NCBI GenBank assembly: GCA_965285935.1
Contig: OZ260666.1
Location: 38,936,001 to 39,000,000, forward strand
Direction of reading: 5' to 3'
Source: Ophelia neglecta
Lineage: Eukaryota
DNA length: 64,000 bases
Shown piece by piece: positions 1 through 14,600 of the stretch; position 1 is the stretch's first letter; every line of letters begins with the position of its first letter. The notes beneath the pieces were generated by a model. The model was not told where the DNA came from. It did not search any database and saw only the letters and a list, made by a program, of their open reading frames with translations. The position numbers and the translations under genes were made by a program.

Positions 1-79
1 GGGGGCCAGTCAGAGGCCGGACAGCTGCCCGGGGCTGGCCGGATACCTGCCCGGGCTGGCCGGTCAGTGGGAGCCCTAG
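1..79. mobile_element. Probable right end of a GC-rich hAT-like MITE truncated by the window edge
   Basis: GC-rich subterminal repeats CTGCCCGG(G)GCTGGCCGG ending in AGTGGGAGCCCTA. The reverse complement TAGGGCTCCCACT resembles hAT TIR starts. The other end is not visible. Confidence 0.4.
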
Positions 80-3000
80 ACTGGGGGACACAACACAGGC
101 TGAAAGCTCATCATGCTGAACTTCCTCCAGCTATTTTGTAAATAACAAGCTCCAATATTGTCTACAGCCTGACTGACCCAAATTGTGTGTGTGTTTAAGA
201 CCAGCTAATTCGAGCTAATTCCGTGTACATGTGAACTTGTGAAGTGGCCTAACAACAGTGGAGGGCCAGATGCTGAGTGTTATGATGATAAATCTATGCT
301 TTAAGAGCTTGGGTGATGATGGAGCTGATTAGATCAGAATTGCCCCAGCTGATGTCAGTATTTCTTTGATCATGTAAATGCAATGTGTGATGTTTGTGAT
401 GAAAGCCTGGAGCCCAGAAGGCACCATCATGCCAGCCATCTTATTGTAATCTACCAGCATGCTAGCTATCACTTGTCATCAACCTATGGCTGATGGTGCT
501 TTCTCTCACTTTACTTGATGAGGATGAGAGTGACATTTGACCTTTGTTCCATTGACCCTTGACTTGATACCCTGGCCATGCTGGGAGTGGTCTTTAAAGT
601 GTTTGACTATAGCCTGTGATACTTGGCCCCTGTTGCCAGCCTCCTTGACCCATTATATACTGATATTATAAACTGCCCCATGCCTTGCTGTTCTGACCTG
701 CTGTATGCAAACACCAGGCACCATATTACTGTGTGTGGTGGCCCTGTAGTGCCATCCGGGCCCCACAGAGGGTGTATATATCCCAAACAAATCAGGCTTA
801 ACCCAAGTTTATTATCATAGATATTAACTCATCATCACCTCCATCAGCACATCAGATGATGTGGCCATCTTAGGTGGTCCTGGTCTGGCTGTAATGTTAT
901 CGATATTAATTAAATTGGTTTGCATTTGATTTGCCTTGTCATTGCTTTATTAGTTCTGGCAAGCTTGAGAAATTGATCAATGACATGAACTGAGGTGAAT
1001 ACAGTGAGTTGATTCTCATTTTGGCGAGTTTTACTGAGGACAGGGTGTGGTCACTCAAATATCTCCCTACACAGAGCACTGATCATGTCAGTTACAGTTT
1101 CATCAGTACCTTAACCATATCACCTGAAAGTGATCTCCCAGCACATTGAAATAGTCTCTGAAGAAGATCTTCATAAAGGAAGTTGTGTTTACTTGCAATG
1201 TCCTTTAAAAGAGGTGCAAAGACTAGATGTTAGTATTACTTTCATTTCACGGAGATAGTTTTCTTTAAGTAAAGTTATCTACACATATATAAGAGTACAT
1301 GGACATGAATGCACACAGTAAACATACATATACCGGTACATTGTATTACAAAGTGCTTCTGTCCCTTTTTTATTCTATGTCTGGCATTCTTCCCTGAATG
1401 AATATGTCTGACTTTGGTCATGCAACAAGCTCAAAAGTGCTTCAAATTAAGCTACAATGTACATGCCTATTGTACTTGTTGGTGTTTATTGTGTTTATCG
1501 TGTTCGCATTTATCCTGTTCAGTTCTTATGATGATGCATCAGTACCTCTACAAGATGCACTTAATCAGATATGATGGGTGCTGTCTCATTCTCTCAGAGA
1601 CTTGTGCTGCCAATATTTCTGGCGAGGTTTCTGCTGGAGTTTTCTGCTACCGAGTGGAGTGTGAGTGCTTGATGGAGGGGCCTGTAGCCATGGTGATGGG
1701 AAGTGCAAAAGATAAAGAGGGTTCAAAGAAAGTTTGCCTCATCTATCACAAGGAGAGATGGTAGGCCTGGAAAACCTGCATGGTGAACCAGTGAGGAAGA
1801 GGGTCCTCAGGTAAAAATAGACAGCTAGACACCAGTGCAGAGCAAACAAACTAGTGAAATGCATATGATGGCTGCAGAATGGCATTGCGTCAGTGATGAT
1901 GATAGTTAGGTGCCTGATGATAGGAATGTACAACCCCTCCTCATTCTCAGCCATTCCTATCGTTGTCAAGATGTGATAGCCAATTGCAATAACCTTGAAA
2001 GAAAGTTTTTTGATAAGATAAGAAAATGTGTTTTGTTCAAATGAAGATTACAGACTCGTAGGTTATGAAGTGTGTGGCGTCTGTTTGCAATGTTTTTAAG
2101 AGAATGTAGTAAATTTGTCAAAAAGTCTGTCAGCACATCATCATCATAATCTTTTTTTAAATGGTAGATATTGCTGGTGTATGTAATGCCAAAAACTTTG
2201 TGTGCATTGGGAGACACTATATCATACTGCCAAGTTTGCCTTTCGTGACAAGAACATCTATCTATCTTCAGTACTGTATGAAAGTTAGCATGCCAGTACC
2301 TCTCAGATATTATGTTTTAAAGCAATGCTGTATACAAAGCCCAGCCAGAAGTCCCGAGAAGCTCTCAGCGTTTCCTGTTTGCTAGGTTTTGTTTGCTGTT
2401 TTTTCCTACTCTACAATTGTTCAGGCAGACCTTGTCATCAGTTTTCATCAACAGTTGCTGGCTGAGTACTTGTACTGCAGACTGTTTTAGGTTTTATGCC
2501 CTGTTTTTTGCCTGTACCTCCTCACAGTGTAAATACCCCTCATTAAACTTGGCTGATGGCTGTTCATGTACATGTATTGCTGCGAGTAGCATCATCATGG
2601 CTGCTCTGCTCAAGATTATTGCTCATTAAGCAGGCAGTGCCAGGGCATAGGGATCGATCAGAGAAAAAATATTGTTCTTAAGGCTGCCTCTTACCCATAT
2701 AAAGTGACTGTTTATGTATGGACAGCTCATACATCTAGTTGTTTAATACCTGTGTCTCTCTTGTGGCCTTTAACTATGGTGACAGCCATGCTGTGCATGT
2801 ACAGTACGGCTCACCTGCACATGTTATTGACCAGCGATGCCTAAAATAGGCGATTACTGTGTATGATGGTTTAAATATTCCATGATGTCATGTCTGCAGG
2901 ACTACCGCCTGCCTGTCTATAGGACAGCCTCCAATCAATGGTCTGAGTGGCAAATGCATGCCAATAATCTTGTCAGCATTCTAGCTCATAAAGCTTGGGA

Positions 3001-6000
3001 TGCTATGCCTCCTGCTCTGCCATGGGATGCTATGCCTCTTTGTGCATATTCATGAATGAATGTAGTGAACTCTTTATTTGATTATCAATTTGATGCCAGT
3101 AGGTATCCTATAAATACCAACTGGTAAATACATTACAGCCACTTTCAGTTAGCATCAAATTCAAGATATACTATATACCATGCCAAGGAACATTTATATT
3201 TCAATTTGTTGTCAATAACTAGTGTTGGGTTTTTTTTACCCAGATCTACATGTATGTTAATTGTTTAAAAAATGTTTAACTTGGTGAAGAATCCATTTAA
3301 GTTTCTGTATCTAATTATTAACACTTTTAAGAAAAAAATCAGCTGTATGATGTTCATCAGCAAGCTAGGAGTTGATGGCATCCAGGACACTGTGGAGATG
3401 GACATACAAGACACGAGTAGCATGCTCTCGCTCTAAGGTCAATCATTACACTCTGTGGTGTCTTCTCCAGACAGTCCAACTCATTAAGTACACAAGAACT
3501 CAGCAGGCTACTTGAAATGTTTTAGATTCTTATACTTAGCCTGAGAAGCTAGCTATACAATCTAATGTATTGGAAAGCACAGCAATAATAATAACACTAG
3601 AAAGCAGCACACCATACATGAACTGGATATATTATTTTTCAACTATGTAGACATGTTTACATGTATTTAACAGAAAACTATCTTTTATTACCTTAACCTA
3701 ATTGGCCACCAAAATGTTGAGAACGGTGGTATTTTTATTTAAATGTGTACAGGTCGCGTGTATGAAAGCTTCTCACGTTAAGTGTACACAGGTTCACAAT
3801 GTGTTGTTACATACTTTCGGTCTTTACATTCGAATCAATCATTTAAAAGATGATTACAGGTTGACATAAATTGATCAACACTACATACAAGTCCTTTGAG
3901 TCTCTGGCAACAAAAAAATGTCCCAAATAAGATTGATTGGACATTATATGGAATGCAATAGAAAATAAGGCATTTTGTATTGAAAATATGGAAAATATCA
4001 GTCCAGACCAAAATGGTGCCTTACATAAAATATAACAGCAGCTGGAAGAAGGGTCTGTGTTAAATTAACCCCCTGAACACATGTCAAATGGGAAATATTA
4101 ATAGACTATTATATTTTATTAATGGCCTATATATGTGTAAGATAAGAAAGTTAATGGAATTTATCGGCTTGTATATACACTTAATATACACTCATAAATA
4201 CTGCACAGCTATCATTTAATATATGATTAACTAAGAGTTAACAATGGCAGAGTAGTCATAAAAATAATAGTCATAAAACAATTGGTTGCTAACTAAATGT
4301 CAAGTTAGTGTTTTGTATTGGTCTTTAAATTCAGCTCCAAAGGTCACACATCTTCAATTAGCAACAACACATTAAAATGATATGTAGAGTATTTGCCCCT
4401 GCATCACAATCTTTAGAAGTTAAATTTAAGTGTTTTTTTTCCACACATACATGTACATGAAGGTTCAACCTTTCAGATGGGTGTGGTCAAAATTTTAACC
4501 CATGGATTTGGTGGAAAAAAGGGGTGTGTACTTATAAGGACATGTGCACTTATTTGAAGGAATATGGTAATCTTGAATTGATCAGTTTCCTGTTTAACAC
4601 TACAAAAACACATGTCTAGGGGTAAGTACGTAAGTGGCATATTGCAGCAGAACATGGAAGTTAGTTTTGCTCGCCACGAACCATGACAAGACTATTTATA
4701 TAAATAGGAATAAGCCAGTACTTATTACTTAAATGCATCTATTAAATATAGCCCTGATGTCTATCAAACCAACAATCCAAACTTCCCTGTACAGTTCTAC
4801 ACATATAATAGGAGGTGACAATAACTGTTAACATGGCTCCAGCCCCAGCCTGTAACCGAGGCACCTGCCAGCCATATGTTCCCAAGCATTGTACTTTGTG
4901 TGATACATGAAGTCAACTTTCCACTATAGTTATTCAAGGCTCCGGTCATGTGGTGATGGCCCCTGAAGGCTGCCAGACCCAGATTTTGGTCAGTCTTGCT
5001 GCCTCTAGTAAACTGGTCTAGCCTGGTTCACTCTCCTTGTGCTCCACTGTGTGCCATTATCCTTCTCATTTTCTGGACTAATCAAATGAGTGGCACCTGT
5101 AACACACAGGAGACAGTTTGTAGCCCACCTTCTAATAGTTCTGCCGCTGGATCAAATTCAGTGTGTCAGGATTCTAGTCCAATGTTATCCAGACTGATGG
5201 TTCAGTGGCTCAGAAGCCTTGATATTTAATATTTCATGTGGCCTGGGAGATTAATATACATGTAGTTGAGGACAAAGTCACAGAGTGGCCAGCTCAACTC
5301 ATCTTTCACCATGGTTAGGGCAAACAAAGTCAGGCCTCACCAGTCAAATGAAACTTGGTCCATTTAGACTTACTAGTATTGTGATTGCATTTTTATTGCA
5401 CTATTAAACTGTCTGTGTTTTTAGCTTCTTGTGCTGACAAGGGCTTCTGCTGTTTTAAGAAAGATGATTGATATATAAGTGTTCACATGTACGAGGAGTC
5501 TTACTCCTAACATCTGTGCACTCTGTCATTGTCTAAAAACTGTTTGCAAAATCTAAATCAAAGCACTCTCCTTAGTGGGATTGCATGTGCACTGTTTTTA
5601 TATTAGTCAGCATCAGCATATTGCTGAGAATTAATGATTTTTGTTTTTGCTATTTAAGCCAGTACTCTGATTTGCTCAGCTGCTCATTTTTACTCTAGAT
5701 CAGTATGCTGGGCGAAGAGCCTGGCAGCTTTGAGACCTGGTTAACCACTGACACATGTTCAAAGTCAAGTTGGCCACCTGGAATTTTTTAAACTATTTCA
5801 GAAGCTGTTGCACCTGATGTATCTTGCCATGCCCAGGTAGCTATAAAGTCAATTTGTGCCTCTCTCAACCATTCTGTGATTGCCAGCAGGGGTCATATGG
5901 CACCAATATATAGTCTTTCATTACTGTGGGTAGTAGAGATATTGTTTGGAAGGTGCTGCCCCTGATACCCCCCAGATCTAGGTTCTCAGGTGTGGACAGC

Positions 6001-8220
6001 TGAGATGAATACCTCTCAGTAGATTCAGGGGGGGGGGGGAGGGGATGAGAGTGTGTGGAGTGCACCCATCCCCAAGTGGAGGGTGGTGGATGCTGCCCTC
6101 TCCTTCACCCTCCCTGTTAGCTTACCTATTCAGAAATAAGGAGGTGTGTGGGAATCTGGGCAAGAAGTGGGGTCATGGCTTTCTGACCTTCAAAATTACC
6201 CCCTGAGCAATGTATGTAGTATGTACATCTGGATGCTGTCCAAAACCAGAAACCACAACCACTATGTTGTCTTACACCTTCAAGCCTTTACATCTTTACC
6301 ACTCTCTGATCTGATAGCACTGATATACTCTTACTGGTATATAATCTTATAGACAGCTTATCTAGCTCCAAAGGTGTATCTTTAAACATTTGTAGCTGAA
6401 ACAATGAACACCACTGATAGGAATCTAAATGACCTGCTGTTTAAATACCTAGAGCATATTCTGGTGTACTGTAATTGTAAATCTTAGTCAAAAAATATTT
6501 TCTCAAGCCTTTAAAATTGTTTGTGATTTTCACTAGCTTGGAAAAATATTCATCAGTCACAAAAATTTACTTAAACAATGAAACAAAGGTGAACAATTGA
6601 ATTTGGATTGTGATGGGTTGTAACAGTGCCAAGACAATATATGGAGATATATTGGCAGGAAGAACAAACAACAAAATGAGTATTGTGTATTAGGTGTAAA
6701 TGATCGAAAGATCACTGCCCAAATAGACATTAGATCTCGAGAAAGCTTTATACTGGAACATAGGAGATTAAATTTACTGCCAGAAAGATACCATAACTCC
6801 CTACCCTGTCACCATAAGTATCTGTCATTCTCAGGTTTCTGGTTTGCAGGCGGCAATTGCCAAACTATATGCCAAGGTCACAAGAGATTGTTAAGTCAAA
6901 TGAAAGGAATGGTAACCAATTAACAGGCATGTTTTACCAAGTGCTTTGTTTGCAACCTCCAGAAATTTCCTCTCTGGCATTATCCAAGGAACTTTGCCCA
7001 GGAGAAAAAAGTGTATTGACATTTCCCTGAAATATCAAATTATCAGAAGTTGTGAAATTAAAGTACCCGGAAATGAAGCATCCCTCTATGGGGTACAACT
7101 CCTGTTTCTCTGAATAGCTCTTACAAACTACTGTTAAACATGAAAATTTCACATCAACTTAATTTTTGTTCCGATAACAAGGAACCACAGAAAAAAAGTA
7201 CAAGAAAATTTAATGCAATACTAGTGGTTTCAATAATTGTGAAAATTATAAGTGCACAATTTAATTTGCCACATTTTGCAGAAAATTTCACCCTGCAAAA
7301 ACTTTTACACTACGTGTGCAGGGAAAAAAAGGGGAAAATGTTGCCATATATTTTGTTTGAAAAAAATAATTTACAGCACTAAACAGTTCTTTTTTGCAAT
7401 CTGATGCCATGTTTTTGGGAGTATTGACAGATTTACTCCAATGATGTACAGGCATCTCAATATCTGGTGAAGTAACTTTGAAGGCATGCAGAAGATATCA
7501 TTTCCCCTTGAACTATCCACACTTTTCAGTTTCAGTTTATGTCACTGTGTCTAATATGATAAGCTATCACTTAGGTATATATATATATATACCATGCCAG
7601 GCACTCACTTGTTAGAAAAAATAACTCCCTCATACCAGAAATATGGAACATTTGACAACTGGTAGTGGGCTTTTAAAGATGGTTGTATATTACTATCATA
7701 CTTCAACTTCATTTAAGTATGTCAACTTAGTTGTCATTTTGACAATTCTGACATACTTTATGCAATACAGATGTTGTCACGAGTATTGTCTGTCAATTAA
7801 CTACATTATATTATAGTATTAACTGCATACAACATGTTTTATATCGCCAGCCCTTACATTGGGATTGACAGAGAGTGATCCCTAATTTAGAGGCCATCAG
7901 CAATTACCAATGTGAGAATTACTTGTTACCTCAATAACCAACAAACTCCTGTAACACACATAGAACCAACTGAGATATGTTAAACTCCACACTGGGTTAG
8001 ACATGATTAAAGTTATAGATCATTTGTTGAACATGTAAAATTTATAAATCCATATCAAATGCCTATGAACTAAAGACTAGAATACTGTAAGAGTTATTCG
8101 AATGTTATTTCTTTTCCTGTTTAAGTGGGTTAGAATTAATAACAAAATTAAATACCATAAAAATAACATGTTTATTATAAGACTTCATTTTAAAACCTAG
8201 TGTATATTGATTTAAGTATA

Positions 8221-8398
8221 CAGTCGTCTCTGCGATGTAGGGCCCCTCCGATGAAGGGCCACCTGCCATGGCAGGACGGTTTTTGAATTCCCATGTCCTA
8301 TCTTTTCCATGTTAAAGTACTTCCGATGAAGGGCCACCTGCAATGTAGGGCCACTTTTCATGGGATATAGGGGTGGCCCTACGTCACAGGGACCACTG
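8221..8398. mobile_element. Tc1/mariner (pogo/Tigger-type) MITE
   Basis: TA flanks both ends; TIRs CAGTCGTCTCTGCGATGTAGGGCC / GGCCCTACGTCACAGGGACCACTG; internal repeats of GATGAAGGGCCACCTGC. Confidence 0.85.
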
Positions 8399-10391
8399 TA
8401 TGTAAGACCATTATGAAATTTAATACCCGCCTTGCCCAATTATCAAGTCCTAGAGAAGTGTGATGTTAGATAGAGTGAGGTTCTTAAAAGTAAAAGTAGG
8501 GGAACTCCAACTTGAGTAGAGATACATGTACATGTACACATGGAGTAGAAGTGGTGTATGGCTTGTTTTGTACTCACTGCCTGGTGTATTTGTTTAGTTC
8601 TGTTTGTTTTTTTGGCATACTTGACTGTGATTTAGGTCTGATTAGCTGCCAGGAAATCAGACCCATTTTATAATAGAGGGCTACCCTTCCAACAGGTGAA
8701 TATTGTATTCTCCACTAGTTCCCTCACTAGTCTCTGCTAGTCATTGGTTGACAAGCTGGTATTGTGCATGAGTTGGCTACACAAAGTTAGTTATAAAGGA
8801 AGGTGGCTTATACCAAAATCAACATCAGATCTTCTCCAGGTGATCTGCATTATCTGCAATTATCATAATAAAAGACAGATGAGAAAGTAAACTAGTCAGG
8901 GGCTGTGTTCCTAGAAGCTTGTAATAGCTGATTCTATTTTTAAATGTATTAATCCTTTGGGTATTGTATGTGAAATAGGTGTGTTCTGTTAGGTTTGCGT
9001 TTCTGTACAGCTGGGCATTCTGCTATCATTTGGAAGTTTCTATGAACCCTGCTGGTATGAGCGGTATGACTGTTGAGAAGATTTACTTGTGAATTCCTTT
9101 ATCTATGTCAGCTTATCAGTCTAACCCAGTTTAAGGACTTTGCCACTAGGACTTGCATAGAATAAATATGACAAATTGGTTTTAAATTTGTCATATCCCA
9201 TTGGCAGACTGCAGCATCCCCACATCCTATTGATATATCTCAGTAATTACTCACTCCAAGATTGCTATTTTATGGGTTTGACTCTACTAAGATATTCACA
9301 ACTTCTATGTTGCTCAATTTTTATATCCCCAGCAAGGCTCCCCAGATACCAACAGGGTCCTTCTAGAACATCTGTGTATTTCTGTCTGGGTAATACTGCA
9401 AACCATCAACCATAGATCTGCTCTTCACAACCCATGCTGAATATCAATGTAGGCACCCAACCCAACGTCTTTCAAAAAAATATATAAGGCCAACATTAAG
9501 GTCAAACGAGTAATCTATTGTGTGACAAATGGTTCTTGCTCTACCAATACTAGCAGTTTGAGGGTGTAGGGAGAGCCCAGAGGTGGTGGTTTTACCCCTC
9601 TGGTGGCCTCCGGATGAAACTGATGATACTTGGTATAGTGCCAGTTGAATTAATGTGGTTTGAGTCAAAGTGCTCATCAGCCTAATTAGTTTATTTGTGT
9701 TTCAGGTTGACATGCTTGGTAACATGTTGACTTATCTACAGCAATGGCTGACATACTCTAAATATACTCAACCAGGCGCCCACAAACATTATGTAATCCC
9801 ATACTCTCCAACCATGCTAGTCTCCAGAATATTCATCTACATTTCCCAGCAGCTGTTTTCATGTTGGCAGTCTGTGTGAAGATTATTACCTTCATGCTAT
9901 GCAGTTTGCTGTAAGCTAGTCCCAAGTTTTGTCATAGTTTTGAAGGCTGTATTTTAGGTGTATTTAATCTCCAGCTTCAGGGGGAATACTATTTCATGCA
10001 AAAGTTCTATCTTGTCCTAGCTGCACTGGTATTAAAGGTGAAATTGTGTTTGACCTGGGCTGGTGCCATCCCAATTCCATCCTGACCAGCAGATTAGATT
10101 CAGAAGTATTACGTGTGATGGAGGAATTCCATGTTATCCCTTGTCATTAAAACAAAACCTGCTGTCCAACATACCAACAAATATGCCCTAGTTGGTTGAT
10201 CGCTTTGTATGGCGGGTAATCCATGTTTCTTACGATGGGTTGTCTCTTGATTGATGTACAACTTGTCTATCATTATTTTGGAATTCTTCTATATCATCAA
10301 GATTGATTTTATTCCATGTTATATGATGATGGATGCAGTTAACTAGGTGTTGACATAACAAAAACCTCACCTGATTTATTCAACAACAAAA

Positions 10392-11150
10392 GTGTGGGTC
10401 TGGGTCCAAGTCAGGTCTCTCCTACTAGCTAACACAGCCCCTCCTGGCTCCAAGTCAAGCCTCACCTACAAGCTAAAACTCCCTCTCATAGCAGTGTGGG
10501 TCAGGCTCCAAGTCGGGCCCCATGTACTAGCATACACTCCCTGTCAAAAATGTGTGGGTCTGGCTCAAAGTCAGGTCTCTCCTACTAGCTGACAAAGCCC
10601 CTCCTGGCTCCAATTCAGGCCTCATGTTCTAGTTTACACACTCTCTCATAGCACTGTCAGTTTGGCTCCAAGTCAGGCCTCATGTTCTAGCTTACAAACC
10701 GTTTCATAGCAATGTGGGTCTGGCTCAAAGTCAGGTCTCCCGTACTAGCTTATGAACCATCACATAGCAGTGTGGGTCTGGCTCCAAGTCAGGCCTCATG
10801 TTCTAGCTTACACACCCTCTTACAGCAATGTGGGTCTGGCTCCAATTCAGGCCTTATGTTCTAGCTTACAAAACCTCTCATAGCAATGTGGGTCTGGCTC
10901 CAAGTCAGGCCTTATGTTCTAGCTTACACACCCTCTTACAGCAATGTGGGTCTGGCTCCAATTCAGGCCTTATGTTCTAGCTTACAAAACCTCTCATAGC
11001 AGTATGGAACTGTCTCCAAGTCAGGCCTTATGTTCTAACTTGCACAACTTTTCATTGCAGTGTGGGTTTGGCTCAAAGTCTGGCCTTATGTTCTAGCTTA
11101 CACACCCTCCAATAGCAGTGTGGGTCAGGCCTCTCCGACTACCTAACAAA
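10392..11150. repeat. ~59-bp minisatellite, about 13 copies, in SBF intron 1
   Basis: Unit approx GCAATGTGGGTCTGGCTCCAAGTCAGGCCTTATGTTCTAGCTTACACACCCTCTTACA. Confidence 0.93.
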
Positions 11151-11627
11151 CCATGGCTGCAAGCCAGACCCACATGGCTCCTGTTAAAAGTTAATATTAT
11201 CATTGAATTTGGTTGTTACCATCGGTTGGCTTTAGGAACATTAATACTGTTATTGACAGATTATCTTGTTTTGAAAACTCTATCAGTATTACTATATTAT
11301 GGTCAAATTCCACCAATTTGTTATGATTCGCAGTATGTGGATTTGGTTTATTGAGTTGAAAATAATGGCAAAATATTTTACTAATTAACAAAATAATGAT
11401 TAAATATTTTACTGGTGTGGTGCATTTAATTATTTAGCGATATTTGAATACACCAACTGTCACCTATCTCCATTCCCTTGCATATCCATGGCAGCCTAAT
11501 TGAACCTTATTATTGTCATGTAATGTGAAACTCATGGATAATGTGTTAAATATTTGTGCCCTTGGAAAGTGCAGACTTCAGTTTGATCAGAAATCAATGA
11601 GACTTATTTCCGATGGTTCTATTTCAG

Positions 11628-14600
11628 GAAGTGGTAATGGTGGCGGCGGTCGTATCATCCAAAGATTTCCGGAGACAGATTGGGATGACTGTCCTTTCAC
11701 ACAGGGTCTGGAGTTGGTGAGAACATATTATTTTATATCAAATACATCAATTGATCATAAAAACTCGGCTGTAATGACACAGGGACTGATAACAATATGA
11801 AGTCTCATTGATCACAGGCAGTGCAGTAAGTGATAATGTTGTAGACAATCTAATGTAAAACATCAAAAGAAAATCATGATATAATTATGAAACTAAATAC
11901 ATGTATACTTGTAAACATACATATACCAGTGTTCCCAAAAAAAGCAGGAGGAAGAAGAAAGTTTTGGGAGTATTGTAGCAATATCAGGGCACCGCCCCTC
12001 TAGGCGCCGGCACCTCCCAATTGCTCCAGCTGAATCTAATGACTGCTGTTCAAATGAATAATTATAAAATGTATACCCACAACCAAAAGCTCATCTATTG
12101 ATTATGTCAGAACATGTCTGCCAATTCTAATCTTGTAGGCCTCTTTCTTAAAGGAAGGCAGATGCTTGGTCCTTAAAAACAGATATATGGGTTTTGTGAG
12201 TCGTGTGGAAAAAGTTAAACTTATGTTTACAGATATATCATAAATGAAAAATAACATTGTTTTCAACAAGAGGTTTAAGGTACAAATAAGCATTGCTGAA
12301 ATTGAAACATTGAGTTTTAGCATAAAATAGTGTAGTGACATTTTATTATGTCCTACTATTTCTTTAAGTTATATTTAATCTCCAAAGTTAGGATAATGAT
12401 TAACTATAACTGCAGGGACCATTGACTTCCTCATTGACTGTGTGCATAGTGCCATGGTCCAGACACTTGAACTTTACCAACAGACACATAGAGATAAAAA
12501 AGCTGATAAAAGGAGGAAATTATCATGTCCTAGATGCATTTGGTGCTTCCATATGTAAACACATGACATTGTCATTAGATGTACATGCTAATGTACATGT
12601 ATGTTTCAGTATGATAATGTGATCATAAATTGAAACTCTTTGAAACCATATATTTGCTTTCCTCCCAATTTTAATATTACTTAAATTTGAAAACTTTTTC
12701 GCAGCCTCTGTGGGTATTTGGGATATGTACACAGATAAAGATGATTCAAAGAATGACTATAAAAGCAGTTTGATACCTGTAATATAATTGTTCAAAATGG
12801 TCAATTTAATAGTTGGTAATAAACAATGATGTATTTTACAGGGTTATTTAGTACTGTGCCATGACACATGTGATACGTGAAATTGTTGAGTGTCTTATTA
12901 AAGTCATCTGGTTTGTTATAGTTTTGCCAGCCTGCTGGATGGCAGTTGACTACACAGAAGCAGCAACCAACGTTTTTCATCTCGGTGCTGACCGACATCG
13001 ACGCAGACCGCCATTATAGTGCCTGCCTGACATTCACCGAGGATGTGATAGTCGACCCACCCAAGGTCGACGACGAAGATCCTGACGATACCTCCACAGA
13101 CCCTGCCCTTGTTCGTGCCTCCAATATGTTCGCACCTAAAAGTCTGGTCCTTATCTCACGCTTAGATTACTTTGAAGTGTTCAGGGTGAGAATACCAGTT
13201 ACATTGTGTTAACTTTAAGATCAAAGTATCTTTATGAATGCAACATGTTTATGAATAAATTAAGTAGAATAATAAATTAGTATAGTACCGGTATATGTTT
13301 TTGTCACACAATACTTGCAGTGTTTTATTCTGGTTTATTTGGGCAGCAAGAATATGCCAAACTCTGGTCTCGGCTGTTTGTGAGAAGTATTCAAAAATAA
13401 TGTGGCTGCCAGAGATGCAAACCATTTTTTTCCTTAGTCGTGTATTAAAAAAATTCCTTGTTTTTTTTATTCAGTTTTTTGGCAATCAAGAATTTGACAC
13501 AAACTGGGTTGCTTTTGACCAACCTCAGAACATATTTAGTTGCCATAGCGATGTGAATAAACTGAATTTATATGCAGTCTTTTTTAATAACCCACCTTAA
13601 ATTTACTATGGAAAGGGGATAGAAAAGTATATGCTGTGCATTTAGTGGTGTTTTCAGATTTATCTTTGTCTGCATCTTCAAGGTCAAATGAATAAGATCC
13701 TGATTTTACCTTTACTTGTAGGATATAGAACCAATATCAACATTAGAGGCCTATAGGAATGCATATCTGACTTGCTGATCTTATCAAGTGCTCAAATTTG
13801 ACCTTGGTGCCCAGTTTGAAGATCTGATCACTATATTAATGATTTCAGCCTTTAATTCAACAGTTAGCACCAAGATGGACATTGGAAGCTTATATGGAAG
13901 CTAATTAATCGAGTTATCTAATTGACATTGAAGTACATTTCAAGGTCAAACTGCATAAAAAATCATTATTTCTGCTTTTGCTTTATCAGCTAGGGCCTAA
14001 AACTATATTTGGAATCTACAAGAAAGAACATTTCATGAATCATTGAGGTTTCAGATTTGAGAGTTGACTACGCCGATTGCTCTTATGAGTCTCGCCATCA
14101 GTTTACATAGCATGCACAGCAAGCTGGAGCTTCATAGTTCAGATTGTGAGGCAAGTTTAGTTGCTTAAGATTATGCAAAACTAGTTATTAGCTTTGCCAT
14201 GAGAATGATTCCATGGGTATCTTGGGGAGGCAGAATGCCCTACATGTACAAAGTGTCATTAGCAAAAACACATTTGGTTGCCATAGCAATGGAACTGTAT
14301 CGTTTTGTAGATTACTCATCGGCCCGTGCAAGTCTTGGTTTTAGATGGAGGGAGGGGAGGGGGGGGGGATGCATTTTATGTTGTTACCCTGGGTAGTGTT
14401 GTCCTCATGGCTGTTTGCACCATCAATAGAAGTGAACATGACGTAGCTAGGCCATTTTAAGACGCCTTAAATTGGAAGTGGAAATGAGCTGGTTTTTTTT
14501 CTGTTGAATACAATATATATTTTGCACCCTTCATTGTTTTGTAGTTTGCCTTAATTAAAACTTGACTGTCTCTTCCAGAACTGTCTTGGCCTGATCTACA

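Noticed and set aside
1414-1764. 116-aa ORF or possible alternative SBF first exon (MVMGSAKDKEG...HKER)
   Set aside because: It does not resemble the conserved MxRLADYF start, and its donor is phase 2 whereas exon 11628 needs phase 1.
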